Positions 14,817-28,876 of a stretch of 64,000 nt of DNA are shown one piece after another. How positions within the stretch are numbered: the stretch's first letter is position 1; the number at the start of each line of letters is the position of its first letter. A program made the translations under genes and the position numbers. The DNA comes from Octopus vulgaris (lineage: Eukaryota), in contig OX597815.1 of assembly GCA_951406725.2 (NCBI GenBank), forward strand, positions 744,001 to 808,000, written 5' to 3'. The notes under the pieces were generated by a model. That model was not told the DNA's origin, made no database searches, and saw only the letters and a program-made list of their open reading frames with translations.

Positions 14817-15066
14817 GTGAAATACGTCAACGGCAAGTTGATAACTTCCGACGGAAGCAGCAACTGGTTGCGTCATGTCCAACCAGCCAGAGACAGACAC
14901 GAACAGAATGTTGAGGTCTTCTGTGATAATGAGACCAGTGGCTGTAAACGAGTGACCGTTCGGACACTACGGTCAGTACAGAAAGGAGAGCAACTGTTCG
15001 TCTGGTACAGCGACCAATTAGCACGGAGCACAGGGATACCAATATTAACACCGGATAACATCAAAG
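14817..15066 (+). CDS. PRDM13: PRDM13 coding exon 2 (PR/SET domain core)
   Basis: Polypyrimidine tract plus CAG|GTG acceptor. Translation VKYVNGKL...NWLRHVQPARDRHEQNVE...RTLRSVQKGEQLFVWYS carries the PR-domain motifs (NW.R.V..AR...EQN; GE.L.VWY). Donor AAAG|GTGAGT, phase 1. Confidence 0.95.
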
Positions 15067-15917
15067 GTGAGTTAAATGGTTCATCTTTAGAAAATGTATC
15101 TGGCAAAGGAAATTGCTTTCGTGACACCATTTGGCCCGCGAATGGCGACTATGTGGCAACTATTTGAGCTTCGTCTTTAGAAGATAAATAGAAATATTTA
15201 TCTGCTGCACTAAAATCATGATTACGGGTGGATCCTTTTCTGCAGCCCTATAGTCCCTAAGATGACCACTTTCCCTCGGCTTCTGACATCCCAAATATTG
15301 GTTCAAACTTTGACACAAGTTTATATATTTCTAGTGAAGTCACGTGGTTAATTTAATGAACTTAAATACGTAACAATTACCGATACTTACTAATTATAGT
15401 TCAAAGGTGGGATTAGAACTTACACCGTCAGGACATGAATACACCACGGTATGACTACATCACCTGACCACTTCTAGCACTTTGCTGTTTGCCAATACTC
15501 TACTACTTCCATGTTACTCCAATAGTTCCTTTTATAGAGACTTAGTCCTTCCATCTGGCACATTGTGGAGGTATGCCCTTTACTGTATTGTTGTTGTTGT
15601 GTGCACTATATGTGAGTGCAATATGGCTGCTGTTGTTGTTATTGTTACTACAATCCCAGCTGGTAATCCTTCGCAGCGTCAGAGCTTATTCATGGATTCC
15701 GATTTCGATTCTGAACGGAAACTGTTTTGCTTCATTCTCTTACATCTTCATCCCTTCGAGATCGCTAAAATAGGTACCAGTAATATACTGAGGTAAATTT
15801 GGCGGACTACGGAGTGTCTATTCGAGTGCCTCGTGCGAAAGATCTGGGAGAAATCAGAGACTTGAAAATTTAGGAATGTGTATGTGTGAGTGTATACATA
15901 CATACATACATACATAC

Positions 15918-15988
<71 letters not shown>

Positions 15989-16331
15989 GTATACATACAT
16001 GTGTGTCTGCGCATGTGTGTGTGTGTGTGCGCCCTTGAGTCACTGTTCTTTCTGCTAAACAGTTATAAAAATATGCTCATATTTAAAGTTCTATTTCTCC
16101 TGTTTGCATCGTCATACCAACATCCAGCCACCCAGCCACCCAGCCACCCATTTAACTTATAATCTCTAATATAAAAGTGGGTTTGTCATTGTTTCCTAAA
16201 GAATTTCATTTAAACAAAATATATTTCGCATTCGATTTATTTTAATATTTTTTAATTTTGTATATTTATGTTCTTTCCTGAAATGTTTTCATCGTAAGTA
16301 ATCGATTTGTTCTGTTTTCTTTCTTTTGAAG

Positions 16332-17578
16332 GTAAACAACGCTACACATGTACGAAGTGCCAGAAATCTTATCTTTATCCCAATACATTAAAGGCACATA
16401 TGCGCTTCCGTTGCCCTCAAAGTCGAGCTCAGATTCTCAGCAGTCTTGGCAAAATTCCATCGCTTCCGTTTTCTGTCTTTCAATCGTCACCGAACAGAGT
16501 CAGTGCTACAACCTCGTCCGAAACCGCCTCGGAAGATGGACTCTTAAAGACATCAACTCGAACTGCTTTCCGTCGTGTAAATAGCCCAACCTCAACAAGT
16601 GGAGAAGATATTCGACATGATGAAACCCGATTTCATGATAAAAGACCTTCTCCCTTTTCCGGTTTCCTACCGCCTGGAATGGGTTCTGCCACAGCTTGCA
16701 CTTCATCGTCTCAATCCCAATCAAATCTGGCTTCTGAAATTGCTCTAAATTTGTCCACAAAAGCCTCTTTCCCTGAAAGAAATTTATCAAATTCTTCCAC
16801 AAGTGACAGACTACCCCAGTCGACAACTCAACCTATACAGATATTTAACCATATACACCCACCCGCTATACCCTTTGCTTTTGAGCATTCGGCTTTCCAG
16901 TGTTATTGCCCTTTTTATACAAAATTCCACGACCCTACACGATATTGTTGTGCAAATCTACCTTCAAACAATGCTGGTCCGACACCCAGAAACTCTCATG
17001 AAAACTTATATTTCCAGCATCCATGTCCAGTACCGTTTCCGCTGGTTCAAGTACGCAATCTTCCAGGTTCGACCGTTGTCTCGGGTGCGTCACATAATAA
17101 TGTCGATGAAAATCTGCGCATGAGAGAACTACCCCTTAAGTTTCCGTTGCCGTCCGAGAAGGCCGGAGAACCGCTCGACCTCTTGCCTCGCTCACTCTAT
17201 ACAAGCAAATCACGTAAAGGTCATCTCTGTATTTATTGTGGCAAACTCTACTCTAGAAAGTACGGCCTCAAGATACACCTGCGCACGCACACCGGTTATA
17301 AACCGTTGAAGTGCAAAGTGTGTCTACGTCCGTTCGGTGATCCTAGCAACTTAAACAAACACATTCGGTTACACGCCGAGGGAGACACACCGTATCGCTG
17401 TGAGTTCTGTGGGAAAGTGTTGGTGAGACGGCGAGATTTGGAAAGACACATCAAGTCTCGCCATCCGAACGAGGTCGAAAGATCAGACAGCCAAGATGCG
17501 GATGAGGCAACGGACTCTCTCTCAGGACTGAAAGTAGAGCCAGAGGGCAGCTCAACAGAAGAGGAGACAACTCCGTAA
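16332..17578 (+). CDS. PRDM13: PRDM13 coding exon 3 (first zinc finger, linker, three C-terminal C2H2 fingers, stop)
   Basis: Acceptor GAAG|GT completes a Gly codon (phase 1). It encodes YTCTKCQKSYLYPNTLKAHMRFRC, then GHLCIYCGKLYSRKYGLKIHLRTHTGYKPLKCKVCLRPFGDPSNLNKHIRLHAEGDTPYRCEFCGKVLVRRRDLERHIKSRHP, which is near-identical to vertebrate PRDM13 as recalled. TAA at 17576-17578. Spliced CDS is 1872 nt. Confidence 0.97.
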
Positions 17579-17601
17579 GTGAAAAAAAAAAAAAAAACAG
17601 A

Positions 17602-17616
17602 AATAAAAAAAATAAA
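17602..17616 (+). terminator. Candidate polyadenylation signals for PRDM13 (two AATAAA)
   Basis: AATAAA at 17602 and 17611, followed by TTTATTTATTG. They lie in an A-rich tract very close to the stop, so they may be chance matches. Confidence 0.3.
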
Positions 17617-18039
17617 TCCAAAACATTACACATATTTATTTATTGATGAACAGTAAGACTGATAGGTGTACATAATTGTGTATATACTGGCCCATGTTGC
17701 TATACATACATGACATATCTGTGTGTATGTGTGCATATGTATATACACACACACATATATTTATACAAACACACACATCTACATACGTGTGTGTGTTGCG
17801 TGTGCATATTTATATATATGTGTGTGTGTGTGTGTATAAATATATATATATATAGATAGATATACATACATACTAACAAATTAAAAATATTGAACAATGT
17901 TTTATAAAAACGATATCAAAATCTGTTTTGTTGTTATTGGTTTTTTTTTTGTCTTCGTTGTAAATATTGTTGTTGTTGTTATGAATGCAACAACTGTTGT
18001 TTTTCTACATCGAAGGTTGACATAGTAACACTTTCTACC

Positions 18040-18242
18040 TAAGGTACGAGGCCGGAAATTTGGAGGAGGGTGATAGACGACCATATCGACCTCAGTACAC
18101 AACTGGTACTTAATTTATCGACCCCAAATAGATGAAAGACAAAGTCGACCTCGGCGGAATTTGAACTCAGAAGGTAGCAACGGGCGAAATACCGCTAAGC
18201 ATTTCGTCCGGCGTGCTTAACCATTCTGCTATCTCGCAGCCT
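18040..18242 (-). mobile_element. tRNA-derived SINE with Nin-like central domain (SINE family 2)
   Basis: Reverse complement of the family seen at 31185-31415. Further partial copies at ~14050-14470, 18545-18690, 20050-20160 and 63320-63480. Confidence 0.8.
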
Positions 18243-18496
18243 TCAGCGCTGCGTCAGACGGATTGAGAAGAGCGACGTCGCTGCGAATGTTCTTTCCTTT
18301 CTTCTCCTTTTTTTTCTTCGTTTTCTTTTTCTATTCTCAATTTTCTTTCTTTCTTTTTCCCTTATCACATAACTTGACTTTGTAAATGAAGAATCTGGTG
18401 TTTATTCTAATGGCCTACCAATGTACAAAGTGAGTTTCTTTGCCGTAGGTGTCGGGAAGACACTAGGCAAGAATGAAAACGAAATTGAAAGAAGAA

Positions 18497-18545
<49 letters not shown>

Positions 18546-20167
18546 GGGGTTTCAAATTTTGCCACAAGGCCAGTAATTACAGAGAGGGGCTGGCCGATTA
18601 CATTGACCCCAGTACTCAACTGGTACTTAATTTATCGACCCCGAAAGGATGAAAGGCAAAGTTGACCTTGGCGGATTTTGAACTCAGAAGATAGAACACC
18701 ACAAATCATGACAGTGACTTCGAAGGCCATACGCTGTGTCATTGGCAAAGACAAGTCCCTTAATGACGACCCAGTCTACTGAGCTGTGTTTACTCAATAA
18801 AGAGCGCGGGAAGACTGTAACAAAGATACATTTCGATCGTCTGCAGTTGTTGCTCTGTAATGTTCTCCACAGCAAGAAACTAATCGGTTCTTTGGTTGAG
18901 TGATTGATCGGTTGATTGATTGGTCGATTGATTGATTGGGTATTGTGGCTTACAATCACACAGCCAATGAGTATTTGAGTTTGTTGCTGTAAGATAGATG
19001 GTAATAAATCCTCAGGAAACAGTTTCTAGGGTCCAGTTTCGATTCTAAGTTAAAACCCTACGAACCTCCACCGGAAACAATTGAACACAACCTACTTTCT
19101 TCTTTGAACAACAGAGTATGTTTTTGTAAACCGGGATTTTGATATAAAGGTGTAGGAGGGTCCTTGTCCCTCGTTGAAGGAAAGGGGTTACAGCTACTGA
19201 ATCAGTAATCCCACACTACACTGACATTTACTTTATCAAGACCCAGAAGAGTATAAAGTAAAACTGGCATTTGTTGGATTTGAACCCAAAATGGCCAAGT
19301 ATCAACATAGAAAACACAACGAGGGTGCTGTGCATTGCTTTTCGATCTGTTTGAAATACGAACGAAATCTTCCTCAAATCACAGTCTGTCTTCTTAAATA
19401 TAAAAGAATGGAGTGCCAAATATATCCTCTAAAACAGACGTGATGGTTACGGTTGAAATATCTTTGATAATATACCTTCTAAATAAGGGTTGACCTGGGG
19501 TTAAAGAACAATGACGATCACAACGTCGACGTAAACAATCTAAGTCCTTTTTCCTGCCATTCTTTCAGCAATGGAACTGCTTTGGAGAATTATGTTAATA
19601 CCAAAAAAGTTACAGTTCAAGTTGCCATAGGCAGTTCTGATCATATTCAGTTTGGGAAGTCTTCGGGCCTCCAGATTTCTGGAGACTTATGACCTTATAA
19701 GGATGTGCACTGTTCTACTGTTTATTCCACTCGGTAAGAATCAAAATCAAATTACATTATCGTCTGGCTGCGGGTTGAACCGTACACCACTGGCACTCGA
19801 ACTATAAGATTAAATTGGCAATTCCTCTGACCCAACACAATGGATCCCAATTTCAGAGAATACTTTCAATGGTAGGTTTTCCTCGAGAACATTAGCGACG
19901 AAAGTGGTTTGAAATGAAATTGAAATATATATATATACATATATATATATATATTATACATAGAGAGAGAGGGGGAGCGGGAGAGGGAGGGGCTATATTA
20001 ATTTACATCAAAGATTATAAAGAATTATTCCTTATCTTGAGACGACACAAAATATTCATGGACTTTGTCGTTCATCTTTTCGGGGTCGATGAAGTTGGGC
20101 ACAGTTGATCGATGTAATAGTCCAGACCACCCCTCCTCCAAAATTTGAGGCCCTGAGCCAATAGCAG

Positions 20168-20210
<43 letters not shown>

Positions 20211-20500
20211 CATTATTATTACTGAGAATGGGGGGGGATAGTTGATTATATGTTCCCAAGTACGTAACTGGTACAACATCCTATCAAGCCCTAAAGGAGA
20301 AACTGCAAAATGAACTTTGGTCAGGTTTGACTTGGGAGAACAAAATAAATATATTCAAAACGACATGTTGCAATCATTTTAGCGGAAGTTGACAAGAATA
20401 AAATAACTTTAAAAAAAAGCTCATCAGTTAATCAAATAAAAAGATGTTTATGAAAAAGGCGGACAAACATGGAGAATAACATCTTTATAGAAATGTTAGA

Positions 20501-20590
20501 TTATTCGACGGTTGAAAGGGTCTGTTCGGGGCCTTCTTCCGTTTCGTCATCTTCCATCACTTCAGGCTCGTCCGATTTTTCCTCTGTCGA
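20501..20590 (-). CDS. RSPH3: Probable terminal coding exon of RSPH3 (acidic tail STEEKSDEPEVMEDDETEEGPEQTLSTVE*)
   Basis: Strong acceptor (TTTTGTTTTTTTTCCACAG|TCG) with phase 0 matching the donor at 56157. The Glu/Asp-rich composition continues the preceding exon, and TAA lies at 20503-20501. The assignment across a 35.6-kb intron is an inference. Confidence 0.65.
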   Translation of the reverse strand, partial: STEEKSDEPEVMEDDETEEGPEQTLSTVE

Positions 20591-20914
20591 CTGTGGAAAA
20601 AAACAAAATAAAAACATTTCGTTTACGGCAAGAGACAACAGATGAGACGAGTGGAATTGATAGAATTGATAGCAGCGACTGGGGTCGATAGTTATTTTAT
20701 CGATCGACAAGTTCACAGGGCCAAAGCTGGCTACGGCAGAGATTGAACATAAAACGTAGAGATACGAACCTAAATATTTAGTACAATACCGCATTGTCCC
20801 CTCGATCCCTCACTATACCACTTTGTCCTTCACAACTTCACAATGTCCCACCCTCGCTACGTCACTGCCCTATTCATATACACACGCATATACATACACA
20901 AACATATTTTTTTA

Positions 20915-21101
20915 TTTTTGTTGTCTCAGTTATTAGACCGCGGTCATGCTGGGGCACCACTTTGAGGAAATTTTAGACGAATGAATCGACAACAGTACTT
21001 ATTTTATCGGTCTCTTTTGCCGAACCGTGTAAAGTCAAAAGCACGTCAACACACCAACACCGGTTGTCAAGCGGTGGTGGGGACAAACACACATGCGCGC
21101 G

Positions 21102-21142
<41 letters not shown>

Positions 21143-21268
21143 CAGGTATCTTTCAGCTTCCATCTACTAAATCCACTCACAAGGCTTTGAATGGGCCGAG
21201 GCTAGAGAAGACACTTGCCTATGGTGCCACGCAGCGGGACTGAACTCGGAACCAAGTAGTTGGGAAGC

Positions 21269-21270
<2 letters not shown>
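20915..21270 (-). mobile_element. SINE family 1 copy
   Basis: Reverse complement of the 49043-49481 element. Other copies at ~8355-8560, 26400-26870, 35390-35525, 35732-35850, 38525-38720, 39300-39550, 47060-47420 and 56990-57190. Confidence 0.8.
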
Positions 21271-21340
<70 letters not shown>

Positions 21341-21539
21341 CGGTTTTATTTCAAGATTTCTTGCCAATAAAGAACCGGTTTCTAACCTAGATTCAAGACT
21401 CCCTCACTAGAATTTCGACAACAACAGGGTATTTTTGTATGTATGTATGTATGTGTGTATATGTGCAGATTTGAATGTTTTGTTTCATGTATGTATTCTC
21501 ATGCATATAGCTACATATCGAGACAAGTTCATATATATT

Positions 21540-21720
21540 TAAATGACAAACTTCTGGAAAGTTTTACAGATTTCTACAGTTCCAGTGATGGATTGGATCT
21601 GTAGTCTTCGAATCAGCCTTCTCTTTTCTGGCTTTGAGAAGCCTAATTTCTTAAGATCGGTATTTAGGCAGTGTATTACATATCCCAGGACCCCAAAACA
21701 CAATAACATATGCATACTTT
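21540..21720 (-). mobile_element. 3' end of non-LTR retrotransposon with restriction-like endonuclease (degenerate)
   Basis: Minus strand reads VLGS(L)GYVIHCLNTDLKKLGFSKPEKRRLIRRLQIQSITGTVEICKTFQKF*, a typical RLE C-terminus. One frameshift is needed. Confidence 0.45.
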
Positions 21721-22573
21721 GTTAATACGTTCCGGCACACGGGAACATGAATATGCTAATCGCTGTTGTGTTTCTGGAGAACGGCTTAGCCCTTCAGTTG
21801 AATCTGTGTTCATAACAAACTCGATTCATAGAGGTCAGGCAACTCCAGGACTTCGATGTTTCGACCTTGTTGTTTGTTTCCTCGGCCAAAGCTTCTCGGG
21901 ATTAATGAATCTAACAAGGGTTTCGGATCTTGTTTATAGAATTCAGCAAAGAAATTATTTGCTGAGGTATTTTGAAGAATGCTGATGTTTGCTGCATCTT
22001 ATAAATAAGAACCAAAATGTAATAAGGTCCATGTTAGTGTTATTAATCCCGGTAGCTTTGACTGAAGAAGCGATCAGCGTATTCGCGTTCGTATTGTATA
22101 CTATTGATATATGATATGTTTCATACATAATGTATAACCATATCTGTTATGTAATATGTAGTCATGCTTTCCGTCGGTTACGACGACGCATCTTCCAGTT
22201 GATCCGGTCAACGAAACAGCCTTCTCGCGAAATCCGTGTGCAAGTGGTTGATCACTCCATAACAGGCGCGTATCCTTAACGTGGGTCTCAGGGAGTTTCA
22301 CCGTGACACATAATGTAACTAGGTTACCCCTTCGACCTACCACATACATAATACCTATATTATATATAGCATATGATAAACATAATAATATGTAATCTAC
22401 AATATCTATATTATATATATATTATATTAAATTAGAGATAAAACCACTATTAGGCAAATCAAACAGTGAAAAACATAAGCCAATACATAAAATTAATTTA
22501 AAAATATAAAAGTTAAAAATTAAAAAATTATTTAAATAAATTAAACTTATAAATTTTAAATATATATATACAC

Positions 22574-22636
<63 letters not shown>

Positions 22637-23215
22637 TTATATTTATATATTATTTTATTAATTAATTAATTTTTTTATTAAATAAATATCAAAAGTATTA
22701 AAAGTTTAATAAAAGATAAAGAGTAAAACACTACGATCGTTTCATGGCTGTACCAATATAATATACATATATATGATATATAATACTTTCAAAGGTGAAG
22801 TTTCCCAAATCGTTACTCAGAATTACTGCCAGGAAAAAAAGAGAATTAAGAAGACCTTTGGATAATGTAGTCCTTGATATATTATGGTTGCAAAAAGTAA
22901 GAGTGATGGGCACGGATGAAACGCCTTTGATCCAATGAATCAGTTTGCACTATACAACAATAACCGGACCATTTATATTCACATTAACCCCCCATCCCCA
23001 CCAGCACTCCACCACCCCAGTAGCCCCTTGCTAGCAAAATTAAAGGAGATGCTACTGTCTCAGCCCTTGTTACCAAACTTAAGGGACATGACCCCTTGTT
23101 ACCATAATTAAGGAATAAGCTACACATGAGAACAACACAGGTGATGGACACTGGCCCCGTTTCGATGTCGTTATTACTATTACATTAAAAATTAGCACGT
23201 GAAAGAGATGCAAAC

Positions 23216-23383
23216 ACCACCACCACGAGCGCCACCACCACCACCACCACCACCACCACCACCACCACCACCACCACCACCACCACCACCATCACCACTA
23301 CCACCACCACTACCACCACCACCACCACCACCACCACCACCACCACCACCACCACCACCACCACCACCACCACCACCACCACC
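23216..23383. repeat. Long (CCA)n trinucleotide repeat
   Basis: Roughly 55 near-perfect CCA units. Confidence 0.95.
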
Positions 23384-23999
23384 TGCAGCAGCAGCTACAA
23401 AAACAACAACACACGTGCACCTATTTACAGCAGAGAGCACCAGAAACAAAGCTATGCAACACATTATACACCCTAACAAACACAGCCACTTGGCGCCCTC
23501 TAACGAGAGTCATCTACTTTGCTTGTTGTTTGTTGTTTAGCCCCAGGTCAGCTCAGAGCCAGCAGATCCATAACGTTACAGTCGTGACTGTTCCCGCCCC
23601 CACGGAACCCCAAAGGTGAGTCTACACTGAATTTTTTTTTCTATTGCTGTTTTTTTATTGTATTTCATTTTGTTTTGATGATGCTTTAGGATGCAATCTG
23701 AAGGACATTTGGCTGCTATTTCTAACAGGGGGAACGATCACAGAGAAATTTCCTCGCCGGGAAGTTAAAATCCTGAAAAAGCATACTTGTCGTTAGATAT
23801 GGTGGAATTGATGGAAGGTCGAATTAGGAGCGAAATACCTTGTGGTGTTTTTATGAATGCAAATCCCACTACTGTCCACATAAACTATACACTCACACAC
23901 ACACGCGCACACACTCATTCACACATACATACAAACATACATACATACATACGCACATGTATACATATAAATGTGTGTGTGTGTGTATATATCTATCTA

Positions 24000-24081
<82 letters not shown>

Positions 24082-24649
24082 TATATGTTTCTGACATCCG
24101 GGGATATTTCAATGAGTGGTCGTAGCACTTGTGAGAGGAAGTAGGATAGCCTATAATTGTCCTGTTTTTGTTCCTAACTTTGACCCTCCATAAACCCTAA
24201 ATTTCATTTTGGTATTTATGGGAGCAACTGTCTTCGAAGACTCATATTGTCGTTCATTGCTCGAAATTGGGAATAGATAGACAGCCGACAACTGATGAAG
24301 AGTCGTTCTTTGTATTACTTGTCCTTTTCTCTCACGTTATTTGCGACATACAGGGAAACCGAAAGAAAACAAACAGGGAGGGGAAAATAGTGAACGCTGA
24401 GAGAAATATTTTCTTTGAAAAGAGAAAAGATAGAAGACGTCCAGTCCTTAGAACGTCCGCGCAGGAAAGAAAGATGGTTACGTGAAGAAAAGAAAGATGG
24501 ATGATGATCACGTGTGAGCAACGAAAGAGAGAGAGAGAAAAGAGGGTGAGAGAGACAAAGAGAAAACGGTGAAAGGGACAAAAAAGGAATTAGAGAGGAT
24601 GAGGAGAAAACAATATAGGGTAGAGTAGCATCAAAAGGTCACGATATAC

Positions 24650-26345
24650 GCATTATTTAAGGACCATAAACCCTACGTAAACCCTCTTATAGGGGTCCCC
24701 AATACGGCCAGTTTGCGGAGCAAATATCTCCAAACAATTATAGGCTATCCTACTTCCTCCCACATGTGTTACGACCACTCATTGAAATATCCCCGGATGT
24801 CTGTGTGAGCACGGAGGATCTCCTCAGTAGAACCCGTAGTTACAACCACTCCAACGATCTCGTAGGTTGTGTAGTGGGTTTTATGGGTGTAGTTTCACTC
24901 TACCCATCTATAGACATAGATTTTGCTGTGGGAAAATGCACTGAGATTATCTGTGAGAGTGAAGTAGAGTTCCATGAAGTCAACACGAGGGAACTGGGCC
25001 TCCTCCTTAAACTAAGCTATGACTGTAACTACCTAGGCAATCATGACCTTAGTAGATTCTGCCCCACAAGGTCAGAGAGGGGAAGACCACCCATCATCAC
25101 CTCGGCGGTGAAAAAGAAAATACTGCAGAGCGCTGGAGTGGCTGTACCATACCCACCCAAGACCCTGAGAACAACCAGAATGACTGCACATGCAATAGGG
25201 GCCAGCATAAGAACCACCTTGAAGAAGCACATAGTAAAGTCTAACAGGAAACTATACATGCAGGTTCAAGGTGCAGCCATTGGTGTCAGTGTAGCTGGAG
25301 ATGTGGCCGGCCTCTTCATGTGGGACAGAAAACTTAAACAATCCTTAACTGAACAATCCACAACTGTTTTGCTTTACTGTAGGGATGTAGATGTCATTAA
25401 TATTCAAGTCAGGACAAACTCTTGTGACTTTAGTGTAGAAACCGAGAGGAGCATAATGGAGAGCATCCAGAACGTAGCAAGCTCCATCCACCAAAGTATC
25501 AAGGTAGCTTTAGATGACCCCCACTAGGCATCCTGACAATAGACTCCCTGTCCTTGATACTGAACTCCTCCACTCCTATCACATGAAACCCATAGCTTCT
25601 AAATATGTTGTTCACAAGAACTCAGCTTTGTCACACAACATGAAAATCAAAATTCTGATAGCAGACTTGGGATAATGAACAACGTGCCCCACCCGCACCC
25701 CCGTGAAAATTCTATGAAACAAAGAAACATGTACAGAACTTCATGTAATTCTCTGGATACGACCAGAAGGATGGGAGCTAAAAGAAGTTAGATAGTATTA
25801 TAGGTAATGAAACCAGTGGTACCTGCCCTAGATTCAGAGGTAAACACTGGAATAGGATACAGAGAGTTTGTGACAAAGCAAACAAGGTGAACACGTTGTA
25901 CAAAGCCGACAAACATCAAAAGTGATGTTTGTAGAGGCCACAGCTCATGGAAAACTAGCCCGAAGATTTAGGAAAGCTCTGAAGGAAACCAAACTCAATA
26001 TTAAGATCGTTGAAAAGCCAAGGAGCTCCATCAGATTACAGTTATGTAGGACGTACCCCTTTGAGAATACCACATACACCAATGAGAACTGCAGGGTATG
26101 TAAGACTAACCTTGACATTGACTGTAGAACTAGGAATGCAGTCTACAGCATAAGGTGCACAAAGGGTGCCAGTAAAGACAAGAACATGACATACATTGGT
26201 GAGACATCTAGAAGCATTGTGGAGAGATTCAATGTAAATCTGAGACAGACTGAAAACAGTCCTCCATATGCTACCAACATGCCAAAGACCAACGTGGAGG
26301 CATACTTGTTTGACTTGACCTCCGCATTTTATCCAAGCACCTGAA
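24650..26345 (+). mobile_element. Degenerate Penelope-like retroelement (RT plus C-terminal GIY-YIG endonuclease)
   Basis: VVSLYPSID, YMQVQGAAIG, LYCRDVDV (decayed YVDD), LPVLD; C-terminal CRVC...CRTRNAVYSIRC...YIGETSRSIVERF. Confidence 0.85.
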
Positions 26346-26559
26346 GGATCCAACATACAAGGAAAAAGAAGTACACGCACAAATACACACACACCCACGT
26401 TGCTTCCCAAGCATATGGTTCTGGGTTCAGTCCCACTGCGTGGCACCTTAGATATGTGTCCTCTACTATAGCCCCGGGCCGATCGAAGCCTTGTGAGTAG
26501 ATTTGGTAGACGGAAACTGAAAGAAGATAAACAGTACACACACACACACACACACACAC

Positions 26560-26590
<31 letters not shown>

Positions 26591-26878
26591 TGTATGTATG
26601 TATGTATGTATGTATGTATGTATGTATGTATGTATGTATGTATGTATGTATAACTGTGTGTGTGTATCTTTGTCTCCCAACACAGCTTGACAACCAGTGT
26701 TGCTTTGTTTACGTCCCCGTAACTTAGCGGTTCGGCAAACATGGCCGATAGAATAAGTAACAGGCTTTAAAAAATAGGTACTGAGGTCGATATCCCCGAT
26801 TAAAAAATTTCCAAGACGATGCCCCAGCATGGCTGCAGTCTAATGACTGAAACAAGTAAAATATAAAACATAGAAGAT

Positions 26879-26909
<31 letters not shown>

Positions 26910-27393
26910 CTCTCTCTCTCTCTCTCTCTCTTTCACACACAGTATTACAGCATAAATATCTAAATTGCTTCGTTTGTCTCTCTGCCTTCCATCACCCTCT
27001 CTCTCTCTCCCCTCTCCTTCTCTCCCCCTCTCTCTCTCCCCCTCCTCTCTCTCCGTTGGACAAACATGGCTACACACACCTGATAAAACGGCTATAACCA
27101 GTGGCAACTCGTCGAGCAGTTCTCCGGGCGGGAGGAGGGGCAGCGAGAGACATAACCGTGTGGTTGTACATCCGTTTCTGTTTACACAAGCACGGTGAAT
27201 GTATGTTTATGGAGCGTGTGCAGACTTATTCACAATTTATTAAACTTACACACAAACCCAAAGGAGAAAGCATGCGTGCCACAGTGGCCGCACATTCTCC
27301 TCTTTAGTGCCAGCTAATGGTACACATATCACACACACACACACATGTATGTGTGTGTGTGTGTATGTGTATATATTTATGTATATATATATG

Positions 27394-27450
<57 letters not shown>

Positions 27451-27461
27451 GTATGTATATA

Positions 27462-27522
<61 letters not shown>

Positions 27523-27576
27523 CTGTTTGTGTGCATATTCGTAGACATAAAAACATAGATTGCTGGAGTAGAGTAG

Positions 27577-27620
<44 letters not shown>

Positions 27621-28876
27621 GGGAGGGAATGAGCAATGGAGTGAAAGAAAAAGGGGGGAAGGTGAGAGAGTGGGAGAAAAGGTTTGGAGGCCAAGCGGTG
27701 TATTTAGTTGTTTAGAAGATAAAAGAGTTTGGAGTTGGTGCTGGGACAGTGAATGGCTGACGCCCATTACGTGGCCATCGGCTGCTGCTGCTGCTGGCTC
27801 GTGAGCCACACGCACCAACCCTTACACACAAAAACAAACACAAATACAAACGGCAGCAGCCAGTCACTGCTTAGCAAATGCTTACTTCTCAAGGTTCTTT
27901 GACAAATGCAACACCAAAAAAAAGAAAAGAGCGATGAAGCCCCGCTGGAGCACCGCCACTGCTTGTTACTTCTCGACTGACTTTATTCGTTCTTTTTGTA
28001 ATAGGTTAAAATGTCAAATGTTTCTTTTCTTCTCCTACCTGACATTCTCTCTTGCCTCCTCCTCCTCCCCCACCCCACCCACTCACACGTTCTCGACTTA
28101 AACGATTCTACAAAATATACCCAATGTTTGTAGCCATTCTTTAGATGTATGACCGCCTCAACTTCACTATTCTGAACTAAACCCACAACTTTTTAACAAG
28201 ATTAGTCAAAATGAAGTTTTTCAAACACAGAGCCACATGTTTATAGGAAACGTGCAATCAGCTCAATCGAATTCTAATATATTATTGCTAGTTTTTTTTT
28301 ACCAATCCCCCCCCACACACACACAAACTGCTATTTTTAAATAACCTGGCCACCGCCGGACAATGACCGTTCGGTCACAATCTTCGTTCTCTCACTATGT
28401 TCTTTAAATCTTCGCAACAATACTCTTGTAAATAAAAAAAACGCCTTAATTTCTCAGACGTTCATGGTACAAGATTGTCAGGATTTTTCTCGGCTGCTCT
28501 GCCGAAAGACATCCACCATTTTGGTGATTTTCGCAGTTCCTTTATACATTTCTTGTGCATATTGCACCGATGGTAGTATGACGATGTTGTACAGTAAATA
28601 GTGGTGTTGGTCTCGTGTGTTGGTGGGCCACAGTTTATATATACACTGAAATATTGTTGTCTCCTCTCTGAATATACAGAACACCATTCCTTGCATCAAT
28701 TTCCTTCGATTCCGTGCTGTTTTCTTCACCACTTCCTTCAAACGTTAAATGAGTTGTTCTCCAGATACTGCCGCCTATACAATATTACCATTGCAAAAGT
28801 CCGGCTTAATCAACCATTTCTATCTTTCCATTGGACTCCACATTTATTGACGTCAACTAATGTTTTTATAATAAAA

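Noticed and set aside
22420-22920. PLE-like terminus with GAAAC-GATC-GTA on the minus strand
   Set aside because: A palindromic stem III is present but the CUGANGA core is not recognisable, so it is not called as a ribozyme.
24287-24325. CTGATGA-containing hammerhead candidate
   Set aside because: No GAAA or stem III downstream; core fragment only.
28380-28860. Possible Cys-rich transposase or gene fragment
   Set aside because: Multiple stops and no motif I can assign with confidence.
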